Positions 1 through 9,047 of a stretch of DNA of 64,000 nt are shown here, piece after piece. The position numbers were made by a program, and so were the translations under genes. Location: contig ABHC01000013.1 of NCBI GenBank assembly GCA_000171835.1, positions 104,340 to 168,339 of the forward strand, in the 5' to 3' direction. Within the stretch, counting starts at the first letter, position 1. Every line of letters starts with the position of its first letter. Source of the DNA: an alpha proteobacterium BAL199. GTDB taxonomy: Bacteria > Pseudomonadota > Alphaproteobacteria > Thalassobaculales > Thalassobaculaceae. The notes beneath the pieces are model-generated. The model searched no databases and had not been told where the DNA came from. It worked only from the letters and a program-made list of their open reading frames with translations.

Positions 1-135
1 CGCGCCCAAGGCACCATCGCGAAAATTCGACCCGATCACGACTGGCGCTGCGCCCTCGGCCTCCCCGTCGCCGGCTGCTTCATCTTCTGCGGCCCAAGCT
101 TCTGCGGCCCCAACTTCTGCGGCCCCGGTTTCTGA
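1..135 (+). CDS. 3' end of an upstream gene (partial, runs off window start); C-terminus carries FCGP(S/N/G)F cysteine repeats; function unknown
   Basis: Frame-1 ORF is open from nt 1 to TGA at 133-135. Its GC3 is very high, typical of coding sequence here and unlike the other frames. It is under 60 aa so absent from the ORF track. A 15-bp near-tandem repeat cttctgcggcccNa occurs 3 times. Confidence 0.3.
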   Translation, partial: RAQGTIAKIRPDHDWRCALGLPVAGCFIFCGPSFCGPNFCGPGF

Positions 136-190
136 TACCCCGGCGCCAACCAGCCCCGCTTCCAACCCAACGTCACCCTCGGCCAGCCGC

Positions 191-724
191 ATGACAAGTG
201 AGAGTTTATCGGTGGTCGACCCTGTCATGGAGGAAACCATGTCCAATACACCCGAAACCGACGTGAAGACGGAAGCCGGCTCCAGGCAGGAGCAGGCCAT
301 GGAGATCGTAAAGGTTTCCATGGCCTGGTCGTGCGGCGCGGGGCTGATCCCGATGCCGTTGCTGGACATGGCCGCGATCGCCGCGGTGCAGGTTCGCATG
401 CTCCAGAAGCTGGCGGCGTTCTACGACATTCCGTTCAAGAAGAACGTGGCCAAGTCCCTGGTGGCGTCCCTGCTTGGCGGCACCGGCGCGTTTTTGGTGG
501 CCGGCCCATTAGGCAGTCTGGTAAAGATCGTCCCGCTGGTCGGCCCGCTGGCCAGCATCGTCGTTTCGCCGGCGGCGGCAGCGGCAACGACCTACGCCGT
601 CGGCAAGGTCTTCATCCAGCACTTCGAGTCTGGCGGCACCTTTCTGAACCTCAATCCGGACGAGGTCCGCAAATATTACTATGCGGAGCGTGACAAGGCC
701 GACGGCAAGGCGGAGGCCGCCTAG
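191..724 (+). CDS. Hypothetical small protein, DUF697/YcjF-like (hydrophobic Gly/Ala-rich core, conserved ...KVFIQHFESGG...); start uncertain (191, or 227 at MEETM)
   Basis: 177-aa ORF with coding-like codon usage. The family call comes from recalled motif similarity, not a search. Confidence 0.45.
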   Translation: MTSESLSVVDPVMEETMSNTPETDVKTEAGSRQEQAMEIVKVSMAWSCGAGLIPMPLLDMAAIAAVQVRMLQKLAAFYDIPFKKNVAKSLVASLLGGTGAFLVAGPLGSLVKIVPLVGPLASIVVSPAAAAATTYAVGKVFIQHFESGGTFLNLNPDEVRKYYYAERDKADGKAEAA

Positions 725-853
725 CCAAGCACCAGGACCGACTGATCGGTTGCCGGCGCCAATCAAGCGAGAGAGCGGATCGAGATCCGGAAAGGCCGAG
801 TCCCGCTTCCCACAGGCGGTTTCTCGTCATCGATCGGCTTCAGGGCCGCCACT

Positions 854-867
854 GGTCGATGTCGACC
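854..867. promoter_or_regulatory. Near-palindrome GGTCGAtgTCGACC ~100 bp upstream of the first biosynthetic gene; candidate operator
   Basis: 6-bp inverted arms with a 2-bp spacer, seen directly. A perfect 8-bp palindrome TTCGCGAA and a GCGAACC direct repeat lie at 889-907 in the same intergenic region. No promoter consensus identified. Confidence 0.15.
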
Positions 868-964
868 GCGCCTGGACAGCCTGAGCCTCTTTCGCGAACC
901 GCGGCGAACCTCGAGCGAGACACTGTGACCAATCAGAACGTCGGGACCAAGAGCGGCACGCTAG

Positions 965-1696
965 ATGAGTTGGATCATTCCCATTTCGCGACCGTCCGCG
1001 GCGCAGCACCGCCTCATCTGCTTTCCCTATGCCGGCGGGGGCGCGTCGATCTTTCAGCCGTGGCGTGATTTCCTGACCGACGGCATCGATCTGTTCGCCC
1101 TCCAGCCACCGGGCCGGGAGCGGCGTTTCGCGGAGCCCCCGATCGCCGACCTCCGCGCGTTGGTATCGGCCTCGCTGGACGCGCTCGCCCCCTTGGCGGA
1201 CCGGCCTCTCATCCTGTTCGGGCACAGCCTTGGGGCGATCGTCGCGTTCGAGACGGCACGGGCCCTTCAGGAACGGGGGAAGCCCGCCGCCCTGCTCATG
1301 GTTTCCGGGCGCCAGGCGCCGGATCTACCGTCGCGGCGCAGGCCGATCGCCCATCTCGCGGACGACGCCTTCATCGAGGAACTCGGCCGGCTGAACGGAA
1401 CCCCGAAGGAGGTGCTTGAAACGCCAGAGCTTATGGCGTTACTGATGCCGATGCTGCGAGCCGATTTCACCATCGCCGACACCTACCGACGACAGCCGGG
1501 CGCGCCGTTGTCGTGCCCGATCCTGGCGCTCGGGTCGGAAGACGACGAGTGGATCGACGAGCCCGGCCTCGATGCTTGGCGCCACGAGACGAACGGCGAT
1601 TTCGACATGCGGATTTTTCCGGGCGATCATTTCTATCTGAACCGCTATCTCGACCAACTGGTTCCGTTCCTGTGCGGAGCGGCGCTGAGGCACTGA
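965..1696 (+). CDS. Type II (editing) thioesterase, GrsT/TycF-like alpha/beta hydrolase
   Basis: 243 aa with N-terminal FPYAGGGASIF, nucleophile elbow GHSLGA and C-terminal GDHF, the hallmarks of the PKS/NRPS-associated TE-II family. First gene of the operon. Confidence 0.85.
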   Translation: MSWIIPISRPSAAQHRLICFPYAGGGASIFQPWRDFLTDGIDLFALQPPGRERRFAEPPIADLRALVSASLDALAPLADRPLILFGHSLGAIVAFETARALQERGKPAALLMVSGRQAPDLPSRRRPIAHLADDAFIEELGRLNGTPKEVLETPELMALLMPMLRADFTIADTYRRQPGAPLSCPILALGSEDDEWIDEPGLDAWRHETNGDFDMRIFPGDHFYLNRYLDQLVPFLCGAALRH

Positions 1697-1701
1697 GGCC
1701 G

Positions 1702-2487
1702 ATGTCGAGCGCCGCACTTCAGGACGTCGATCCGGCGCCGGGCGGAGATGCCGGCTGGCCGCGGAGGGAGCCGGTGGCGGGCGTGCCGGCGCCTGGTCTT
1801 GTTCAGTGCTGGCGGATTGTGGTTTCGAGCTTGGATCCGGCGGATCTCGGCGGTTTGTCGCAGGATCTCGACCCGCTGGAACACGCGCGGGCCGGGCGGT
1901 TCCACCGGTTCGAGGATCGCCGCCGGTTCATCGCCGGGCGGGTTGGGATTCGGCGATTGTTGAGTGCCGCTTTGGGCTCGGCTCCGGTTTTGTCGAGCGA
2001 CGGTTTCGGCAAGCCGTTCTGCGCCGATCGGTCGGTTGAGTTCAACATTTCCCACAGCGGCGATGTGGTTCTGGTGGCTTTGGCGGCGGGATTTCAGGTT
2101 GGAATCGATGTGGAGCGCCAGGATCCGATTTCGGATATGGCGGCGACTTGGCGGCGGAATTTCCATCCGGGAGAGGTCGCCGAATTGGACAGATTGGACA
2201 AAGATGAGGCCCTTTTCGGCTTTTTGAGATGTTGGACACGCAAGGAAGCGGTGTCCAAGGCGCTGGGCGTCGGGCTGTCGATGGCATTGGACAGCTTCCA
2301 GGTGTCCACCCGGGCGGGAGAGCCGCCACGCCTGCTCACCCTGCCCCCGGACATGGACACCCGGTGGAGCCTGCGCGATCTCCACCCCGCAGCCGGCTAC
2401 ACAGCGGCATTTGCCGCCCCCGTCCAGGACCTGACGATCACCTGCGCAACCCTGGACCTGGGCAACGGCCGCAGGGGGCGTCCATGA
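1702..2487 (+). CDS. 4'-phosphopantetheinyl transferase, Sfp-type
   Basis: Motifs VGIDVERQDP and WTRKEAVSKALG (W/FxxKEAxxK). ATG lies 5 nt after the TE-II stop and is preceded by GAGG. The track ORF 1513 start overlaps the TE gene and was rejected. The stop TGA (2485-2487) overlaps the next gene's ATG (2484) as ATGA. Confidence 0.8.
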   Translation: MSSAALQDVDPAPGGDAGWPRREPVAGVPAPGLVQCWRIVVSSLDPADLGGLSQDLDPLEHARAGRFHRFEDRRRFIAGRVGIRRLLSAALGSAPVLSSDGFGKPFCADRSVEFNISHSGDVVLVALAAGFQVGIDVERQDPISDMAATWRRNFHPGEVAELDRLDKDEALFGFLRCWTRKEAVSKALGVGLSMALDSFQVSTRAGEPPRLLTLPPDMDTRWSLRDLHPAAGYTAAFAAPVQDLTITCATLDLGNGRRGRP

Positions 2488-4250
2488 GCGCGTCCCAGCC
2501 CCAATCACTCGCCGGCCTGCTGCTCGACCGCGCCGATCGCGCCACTGGCTCGATCACGGTGATCCAGGGCGCGGAGGCGGAGCAGGTCCGCACCCCGGCC
2601 GACCTGCGCGCCGATGCCCTGTCGGTTCTCGGATCGCTCCAGGTGCGCGGGCTTTCGCCCGGCGCCGAGGTGGTGATCTCCGTCGCCGATCCGCACGCGT
2701 TCGTCACCGCGTTCTGGGCCTGCATCCTGGGCCGGATGATCGCCATCCCGGTCCAGACGCCGACAACCGACGAACATCGCCTGAAGCTGACCCGTATCCG
2801 CGACCATCTGGGCCAGTCCTTCCTGATCACCGACCGGCCGGACCTGGCCGCGGAGACCGACGCGGCGGATATCGCCACGCTGTGCGACGGCACCAGCCCC
2901 GCCGGGACCGTCGACCGCGAAGCCGAACCGAACGACATCGCGTTCGTGCAGTTCTCCTCCGGCTCGACCGGCGCGCCCAAGGGCGTCGTCCTGCGCCATC
3001 ACCAGGTCTTGACCCACCTGAGCGATTTCGCCGCCAGCGCCCGCATGACGGCCGACGACGTGTTCCTGAGCTGGTTCCCGCTGACCCACGACATGGGTCT
3101 GATCGGCTGGCACCTGATCCCGCTGGCCTTGGGGGCGGACCAGTACCTGATGCCCACCCGGCTGTTCGTCCAGCGCCCCTCGCTGTGGTTGGCCAAGGCG
3201 AGCGCCCACCGCGCCTCGGTCCTGTGCTCCAACAATTTCGGTCTCAAGCACTTCCTGAAGCTGCTGAAGCCGGCGGTCCAGGCCGAGTGGGATCTATCGC
3301 CCGTGCGACTGCTGTTCAACGCGGCGGAACCGATCTCCGCTGATCTCTGCCTGGATTTCCAGGACCGCATGGCACCCTCCGGGCTCGCCCCGGTGGCGCT
3401 AACTCCCGGATACGGATTGGCCGAAGCCACCCTTGGCGTCTCGTTCCCCTCGCCGGGAGAGCCGCTGAAGATCCACAGCACCGACCGCCACCACCTCGGT
3501 TGGGGAGCGACGGTCCGCCCACCGCCATCGGCGCGGGACGAACGACGGCTGGTCGACCTTGGAGCGGCCATGGACGGGGTCGACATGCGCGTCGTCGACG
3601 GTGCCGGCCACATCCTGGACGACCGGGTGGTCGGCTCGGTCGAAATTCGGAGCCGGACCATGACCACCGGCTACTACCGCTCCCCGACGGCGGATGCCGG
3701 CCTGTTCGCGCCGGATGGCTGGCTGCGCACCGGCGACGCGGGTTTCCTGGACGGCGGTCGGCTCGTGCTGACCGGCCGGATCAAGGAAATCATCATCCAG
3801 GCGGGGCAGAACTACGATCCGCACGATATCGAGCGGGTGGCCGAGGAGGTCGACGGGATCGATCTCGGCAAGGTCGTGGCGTGCGGCATCGTCGGCGCCG
3901 CCGAGCAGCCCGAACTGCTTGTCATGTTCGCCCACTCCCGCGTGCCGCTTCAGGATTTCCCCACCCTGGCGCGGACTTTGCGCGAGCATCTGCTGCGCCG
4001 GGGCGGATGGCTGGTGGACCATGTGCTGCCGGTTACCAGCGTGCCGAAGACCACCAGCGGCAAGATCGAGCGATATCGGCTCGCCCAGCGGTTTCTCGAC
4101 GGCGATTTCGACGCGGTGATCGATCAACTCGCCGACTTGGGCGACCAGGGGACGGCGGAAGACGACTGGCGCCGAGCGACCGGGCGGGATCGCCGTCGCC
4201 TGCTGCTCGCCCGCCTGCGCGCCGGGGCCGAGCAGGTCATCGACACCGTG
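2484..4250 (+). other. FAAL (fatty acyl-AMP ligase) loading domain
   Basis: N-terminal AMP-binding superfamily domain followed directly by an ACP and no CoA-ligase context, the typical starter for iturin/mycosubtilin-type lipopeptides. Confidence 0.8.
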
Positions 4251-7200
4251 GGCCTGGCCCTCGACCGATCCCTGTTCGACCAGGGTCTGGACTCACGACG
4301 GGCGGTCGCCCTGCAGCGGTGGTTGGACGCCACTTTCGACGTCGATCTCCCGGTTTCGCTGGCCTTCGACAACCCCACCCTGCTCGATATCGCCAACGTC
4401 ATCGACGGTTTCGATACGGTCGGCAGGGCACCCGACGACACTGGCCGAACGCCCGAACCCTCGCCGGCCCATCCCGGCGCCGGACCGCACCGCGACGAGC
4501 CGATCGCCATCATCGGCATCGGCTGCCGGTTTCCTGGCGGCGCCGACCGGCCCGCAAGCTTCTGGCGCCTGCTGATGGCGGAGACCGATACGACGGGAGC
4601 CCTGCCCGGCGGCCGCGGACAACCGCCGGAGCCGGTGACGGGAAGCTTCCTGTCCGATGTGGCGGGGTTCGACCACCAGTTCTTTTCCATGTCGGTCCGC
4701 GAGGCCGAAGCGTTGGACCCCCAGGCCCGGCTGTTGCTCGAGGTGTGCTGGGAAGCGCTGGAGGACGGCGGTCAGGACATCCCCGCGCTCGCCGGCCAGG
4801 AGGTCGGTGTCTATGTCGGGATCGCGAACACCGACTACGCCATGGCGCAGTTCCACAGCGGCGACGGCGACAAGATTGGCCCCTATTCCTATACCGGCGT
4901 GGCACCGTCCCTGGCGGTCGGACGGGTGTCCCATGCGCTGGGCTTTCAGGGTCCGGCGATGGCGCTAGACACCGCCTGCTCGTCTTCCCTGCTGGCCGTG
5001 CATCAGGCGGTGGAGAGCCTGCGGTCGGGCGATTGCGCCATGGCGCTCGCCGGCGGGGTGAACCTGATCCTCGGCCCCGCCGGCCATCAGAGCCTGACCC
5101 ATCTGGGCGCCCTCTCGCCGACCGGCGCGTGCCGTCCCTTCGACGATCGCGCCGACGGGTACGTGCGGGGCGAAGGCTGTGGGGTCGTGGTGCTGAAGCC
5201 GCTTTCGGCGGCACTGCGCGACGGCGACGATGTGCTGGCCCTGGTGCGCTCCAGCGCCGTCAATCACGACGGCAGAAGCGGCGGGCTCACCGTGCCGAGC
5301 GGGCCGGCCCAGACCCGCGTGATCGAGCGCGCCCTTGACCGCGCGGGCCTCGGCCCCGACGGGATCGACTATGTGGAGGCCCATGGCACCGGCACGCCCC
5401 TTGGCGACCCGATCGAGATCCAGGCGCTGGACCGGGTGTTCGCGGCACAGCCTCCGGGGGACGGCAAGCTTCTGGTCGGATCGGTGAAGAGCAATATCGG
5501 ACACCTGGAAAGCGCCGCCGGGATCGCCAGTTTGATCAAGGTCTCGCTTGCCCTGCGGAACGCCCTGATCCCGCGCAGTCTGCACCACGCCACCCCGAAC
5601 CGGCACGTGGCCTGGGACGGCCTGTCGGTCGTGATCGCCGCGACTCCGACCCCTTGGCCCCGGCGCGACCGGCCGAGGCGGGCCGGGGTGAGCGCTTTCG
5701 GCTTTGCCGGAACCAACGTCCATGTGGTCCTTGAGGAAGCGCCCGACGCAGCCGCCGTCGGACCGGCGGCCGCGCCTGCCGACGGGCCCGCCGAGGGAGC
5801 CGCCGAAGGATCCGCCGAGGGATCCGCCGAGGGATCCATCCGTCTCCCGTCGCTGATGCCGCTATCCGCGGCCTGCGCGGAAGGGGTAAGGGCCCAGGCG
5901 GCGGCGTGGCTGGCCCTGGCGCAGTCGGCGCCGGACGTTTCCGGAATAACGATGGCGGCCACGGCCGCGCGGCGACGCAGTCATCTGCCGCACCGGGCGG
6001 CGATCCGTTTCGACACGCGGGCCGACTTGCTGTCGGGGCTCGAGTCCGTGGCGAAAGGGAGCGCCGCGACCGGCTGCGCGATCGGCCGGCCCCACCCGGA
6101 CCGAGTGTCGCGTCTCGCCTTCGTCTTCACCGGACAGGGATCGCAATGGGCCGGCATGGGCTCGGCGCTGATGGCGCAAGAGCCGGTGTTTCGCGAGGCG
6201 ATGGAACGCTGCGCCGCCCAGATCGACACGCTCGCCGGCGGATCGCTGTTGGACGATCTGGCCCGACCGGCCGAAACCAGTCCGCTCGATCGAACCGATC
6301 GGGCGCAGGCCGGAATTTTCACGATCCAGTACGCCCTGACCACGCTGTTGGCCCATTACGGCGTGACCCCGGACTGCGTGGTCGGCCATAGCTGCGGCGA
6401 GTTGGCGGCGTTTCAGACGGCGGGAGTGATCAGCCTGGAACAGGCGTGCCGGCTGGTCGTCGACCGGGGGGCGTGCATGGAAGCGGCGGCCGATGCGCTG
6501 GGCGAACCGGGGGCCATGGTCGCCGTCCAGGTGTCGCGCGCCGACAGTGCCGACCTGCTGGGCGATGGTCTGGAGATCGCCGCGATCAACAGTCCGAATT
6601 CGGTCGTCCTGGCCGGCCCGACCAGCGCTGTGGACGCGGCCGTCGACACCCTGTCCCACCGATCCATTCCCCATCGCCGGTTGGATGTGGCGTTCGCGTT
6701 CCACAGCCGGCAGATGGACGGGGCGGCGGTCGACTTCGCCGCCCGCGCGGGCGGGATGAAGATTGGCGCGGGCGGGATGGAGATCGGCGCGGACACCATC
6801 GCGGTCTACGCCGCCGCCTGGGGCCGCCGGATGCCGGCGGGGCCGCTGGATGACGACTATTGGCGGGCCAACCTGCGGGAACCGGTGCTGTTCGCCGACG
6901 CCGTAACGGCGATGCGGGATGACGGGACGACCCACTTTCTCGAAATCGGCCCGCATCCGAGCCTGTCCGGGCCGATGATGGAGATCCTGGAAGGGGTGGG
7001 GTCCTCGCCGGTGATCGCCGGTACCATGCGGCGCGACCAGGGACGTGACCAGGGACCCGGCCAGGGACCCGGCCACGGACGCGACGCGGTGCTCGACGGG
7101 CTCGCGGCGCTGTATGTCACCGGGTTCGACCTGCGCTGGGATCGCCTGCATCCGGCGGCGCCGGCCCTGGCGGACGCTCCGCTCTATCCGTGGCGGCGTC

Positions 7201-9047
7201 GCCGACTGTGGCCGCGGGATTTCGATCCCTGGACGCCCCGGCAGGCGACGGCCGATGCCCCGGGTCTCGACGGATTGCGATACGATCTGGTCTGGGACCA
7301 ATTGCCCGCGCCCGCCGATCGCGCCGATGGCCGGCCGGCCGCCGTCCTGCTGCTCGCTACCCCGGACAATCCGGTGGCACGCGCGTTGGCGGAACGGCTC
7401 GACGTCCCCATCCGGGACAGCCGCCGCCCGGATGCCGTCGACGCGGCCCTGAAACAGACCACCGACGCGCCGATCGTCCTGGTCCCCGACCCTGCCGGTG
7501 CCGACAGTCACCCGCCGACCGCCCAGCGCACGGCCCTCGATCTGGCCCTGCGGGTGATCGGTCATCTGTCGCGCGGTCCGGCGCCATCGGCCGCGTTTTG
7601 GATCGTCACCACGCAGACACAGGAACCTGGATTGGAGTCGCCCGGCCTGGACTCGCTGTGGGCGCTGATGCGCACCGCAACCACGGAGGATCCGGGGCTC
7701 GACGGACGCTGCCTCGAACTCGCGGCCGTCCCGACCGCTGGGGATCTGGACCTTCTGGCGCGGCTGCTGGCCGCTCCGCCCGAGGGCGAACGGGGCTTGG
7801 CGATCCGGGGGAGTGCCGCTCACGCCGCCCGCCTCGCCACCACACCGGCGCGGCCCGCCGAGCGGTCGCTCCCCGTGCGGTCGGACGCCACGTATCTTGT
7901 GACCGGCGGCTGCGGCAGCCTGGGGCTGGTGTTGAGCCGGGCGCTGGTGGATCTGGGCGCGCGGTCGGTGGTGCTGCTCGGCCGCTCCGGCGCCGATGAG
8001 GCCGCGCGGACCGCGATCGCCGAGATGGAAGCGATGGCGGTGCGGGTGCTGGTCCGCCCCTGCGACATCGCGGATCCGGCGTCCCTGGCGGCGGTGTTCG
8101 ACGAGATCGACCGCAGCCTGCCGCCGCTGGCCGGCGTGATCCACGCGGCGGGCGTGCTGGCGGATGCCGGGGTGGCGGGGCTGGACGGCGAGACCCTGGG
8201 CCGGGTCCTGGCGCCGAAGATCGACGGCGGATGGACCCTGCATCTGGCGACCCGGGCGCGGCGGCTCGACTTTTTCATCGCGCTCTCGTCGGCGGCGCTG
8301 CTGCTCGGCTCGCCGGGACAGGCGGCCTACGGTGCGGCAAACGGGTTCCTGGACGCGCTCGCCGCCTACCGCCAGCGGATCGGCCTGCCGAGCCTCAGCC
8401 TGCGGCTGGGTCTGGTGGAGGGGTCGACGATGCTGCGCCGGGCGCGCGAGGGGGGGCGGGATTTCGCCGCCGACGGCATCCGCCCGATCTCCGCCGCCCG
8501 GGTGGCCGCGGCCCTGCCGGTTCTGTGGTCCGGGGGCCGGCCGGTCGAGACTCTGCTGGACCTAGACGCCGCCGCCTGGCTCGAGCGGTATCCCGGTGCC
8601 GCGATGCGCGCGTATCTGTCGCCGCTGCTGCCCGAGACCGCGCCTGAGGAGGTGCCGGAGGAGACGATCCGGCGCCTGGGCACCGGCCCGGAGGCGCTGC
8701 GCGCGCTGACCGCCGACCTGACGGCGATCGTGGCGCGGGTCACCGGGACGCCGGCGGCGGATCTCGCCGGCGACCGTCCGCTGCGGGAGTTGGGCGTGGA
8801 CTCGCTGATGACCATGCAGATCCGGCGCGCGATCCTGAGCCGGTTCGGGCGCGACGTGCGGGTCACCGCGTTCTGGGCGCATCCCACCCTGGACCGCTTC
8901 GCCAGCCACCTCGCCGGCGAGATCGGCATCGCCATCGCCTCACCGAAGGTTGTGGACGCGAACGGCACGGATCGTGCTAAGGCTGACCCAACGGATCGCG
9001 CAGACGTGCGCCGCGCGCTCGCCGACAAATGGGACAAGTATCTGTGA
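2484..9047 (+). CDS. Loading plus first extension PKS: fatty acyl-AMP ligase (FAAL)-ACP-KS-AT-KR-ACP
   Basis: FAAL motif FVQFSSGSTGAPKGV and YRTGD-like core. ACP GLDSRRAV. KS CRFPGG...DTACSSSL...EAHGTGTPLGDPIE. AT GQGSQWAGMG...GHSCGE...AFHS (malonyl-type). KR TGGCGSLG. ACP LGVDSLM. Start is the ATGA overlap at 2484, preceded by GGGGG 6 nt upstream; track start 2229 rejected. Confidence 0.9.
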   Translation: MSASQPQSLAGLLLDRADRATGSITVIQGAEAEQVRTPADLRADALSVLGSLQVRGLSPGAEVVISVADPHAFVTAFWACILGRMIAIPVQTPTTDEHRLKLTRIRDHLGQSFLITDRPDLAAETDAADIATLCDGTSPAGTVDREAEPNDIAFVQFSSGSTGAPKGVVLRHHQVLTHLSDFAASARMTADDVFLSWFPLTHDMGLIGWHLIPLALGADQYLMPTRLFVQRPSLWLAKASAHRASVLCSNNFGLKHFLKLLKPAVQAEWDLSPVRLLFNAAEPISADLCLDFQDRMAPSGLAPVALTPGYGLAEATLGVSFPSPGEPLKIHSTDRHHLGWGATVRPPPSARDERRLVDLGAAMDGVDMRVVDGAGHILDDRVVGSVEIRSRTMTTGYYRSPTADAGLFAPDGWLRTGDAGFLDGGRLVLTGRIKEIIIQAGQNYDPHDIERVAEEVDGIDLGKVVACGIVGAAEQPELLVMFAHSRVPLQDFPTLARTLREHLLRRGGWLVDHVLPVTSVPKTTSGKIERYRLAQRFLDGDFDAVIDQLADLGDQGTAEDDWRRATGRDRRRLLLARLRAGAEQVIDTVGLALDRSLFDQGLDSRRAVALQRWLDATFDVDLPVSLAFDNPTLLDIANVIDGFDTVGRAPDDTGRTPEPSPAHPGAGPHRDEPIAIIGIGCRFPGGADRPASFWRLLMAETDTTGALPGGRGQPPEPVTGSFLSDVAGFDHQFFSMSVREAEALDPQARLLLEVCWEALEDGGQDIPALAGQEVGVYVGIANTDYAMAQFHSGDGDKIGPYSYTGVAPSLAVGRVSHALGFQGPAMALDTACSSSLLAVHQAVESLRSGDCAMALAGGVNLILGPAGHQSLTHLGALSPTGACRPFDDRADGYVRGEGCGVVVLKPLSAALRDGDDVLALVRSSAVNHDGRSGGLTVPSGPAQTRVIERALDRAGLGPDGIDYVEAHGTGTPLGDPIEIQALDRVFAAQPPGDGKLLVGSVKSNIGHLESAAGIASLIKVSLALRNALIPRSLHHATPNRHVAWDGLSVVIAATPTPWPRRDRPRRAGVSAFGFAGTNVHVVLEEAPDAAAVGPAAAPADGPAEGAAEGSAEGSAEGSIRLPSLMPLSAACAEGVRAQAAAWLALAQSAPDVSGITMAATAARRRSHLPHRAAIRFDTRADLLSGLESVAKGSAATGCAIGRPHPDRVSRLAFVFTGQGSQWAGMGSALMAQEPVFREAMERCAAQIDTLAGGSLLDDLARPAETSPLDRTDRAQAGIFTIQYALTTLLAHYGVTPDCVVGHSCGELAAFQTAGVISLEQACRLVVDRGACMEAAADALGEPGAMVAVQVSRADSADLLGDGLEIAAINSPNSVVLAGPTSAVDAAVDTLSHRSIPHRRLDVAFAFHSRQMDGAAVDFAARAGGMKIGAGGMEIGADTIAVYAAAWGRRMPAGPLDDDYWRANLREPVLFADAVTAMRDDGTTHFLEIGPHPSLSGPMMEILEGVGSSPVIAGTMRRDQGRDQGPGQGPGHGRDAVLDGLAALYVTGFDLRWDRLHPAAPALADAPLYPWRRRRLWPRDFDPWTPRQATADAPGLDGLRYDLVWDQLPAPADRADGRPAAVLLLATPDNPVARALAERLDVPIRDSRRPDAVDAALKQTTDAPIVLVPDPAGADSHPPTAQRTALDLALRVIGHLSRGPAPSAAFWIVTTQTQEPGLESPGLDSLWALMRTATTEDPGLDGRCLELAAVPTAGDLDLLARLLAAPPEGERGLAIRGSAAHAARLATTPARPAERSLPVRSDATYLVTGGCGSLGLVLSRALVDLGARSVVLLGRSGADEAARTAIAEMEAMAVRVLVRPCDIADPASLAAVFDEIDRSLPPLAGVIHAAGVLADAGVAGLDGETLGRVLAPKIDGGWTLHLATRARRLDFFIALSSAALLLGSPGQAAYGAANGFLDALAAYRQRIGLPSLSLRLGLVEGSTMLRRAREGGRDFAADGIRPISAARVAAALPVLWSGGRPVETLLDLDAAAWLERYPGAAMRAYLSPLLPETAPEEVPEETIRRLGTGPEALRALTADLTAIVARVTGTPAADLAGDRPLRELGVDSLMTMQIRRAILSRFGRDVRVTAFWAHPTLDRFASHLAGEIGIAIASPKVVDANGTDRAKADPTDRADVRRALADKWDKYL

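Noticed and set aside
2-190. Frame-2 extension of the DUF697-like ORF (191-724) back to the window start, which would make it a Pro/Ala/Ser-rich N-terminal region
   Set aside because: Third-codon positions in this frame are A/T-rich, unlike genuine coding here. Frame 1 has the coding-like GC3 and terminates at 135.
1513-1701. Upstream extension of the PPTase ORF into the TE-II gene
   Set aside because: Overlaps the well-supported thioesterase gene. The extension is Arg-rich junk, and the ATG at 1702 has a GAGG SD.
2229-2483. Upstream extension of the first PKS gene to the track start at 2229
   Set aside because: It would overlap the PPTase gene by 255 nt in another frame. ATG 2484 gives a classic ATGA coupling with a G-rich SD, and the protein then begins at the conserved FAAL N-terminus.
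3500-5338. 612-aa plus-strand Arg-rich ORF overlapping the PKS gene in another frame
   Set aside because: Alternative frame of real coding sequence, with extreme Arg/Gly/Pro composition and no domain signatures.
5862-8243. 793-aa minus-strand ORF (and similar long antisense ORFs at 12869-15433, 15620-17908, 20240-23410, 24740-27568, 45621-47141, 47154-48791)
   Set aside because: They lie antisense to well-supported PKS/NRPS domains. Their Arg/Pro/Gly-rich, low-complexity translations are typical of open non-coding frames in 70% GC DNA, and no motifs were recognised.
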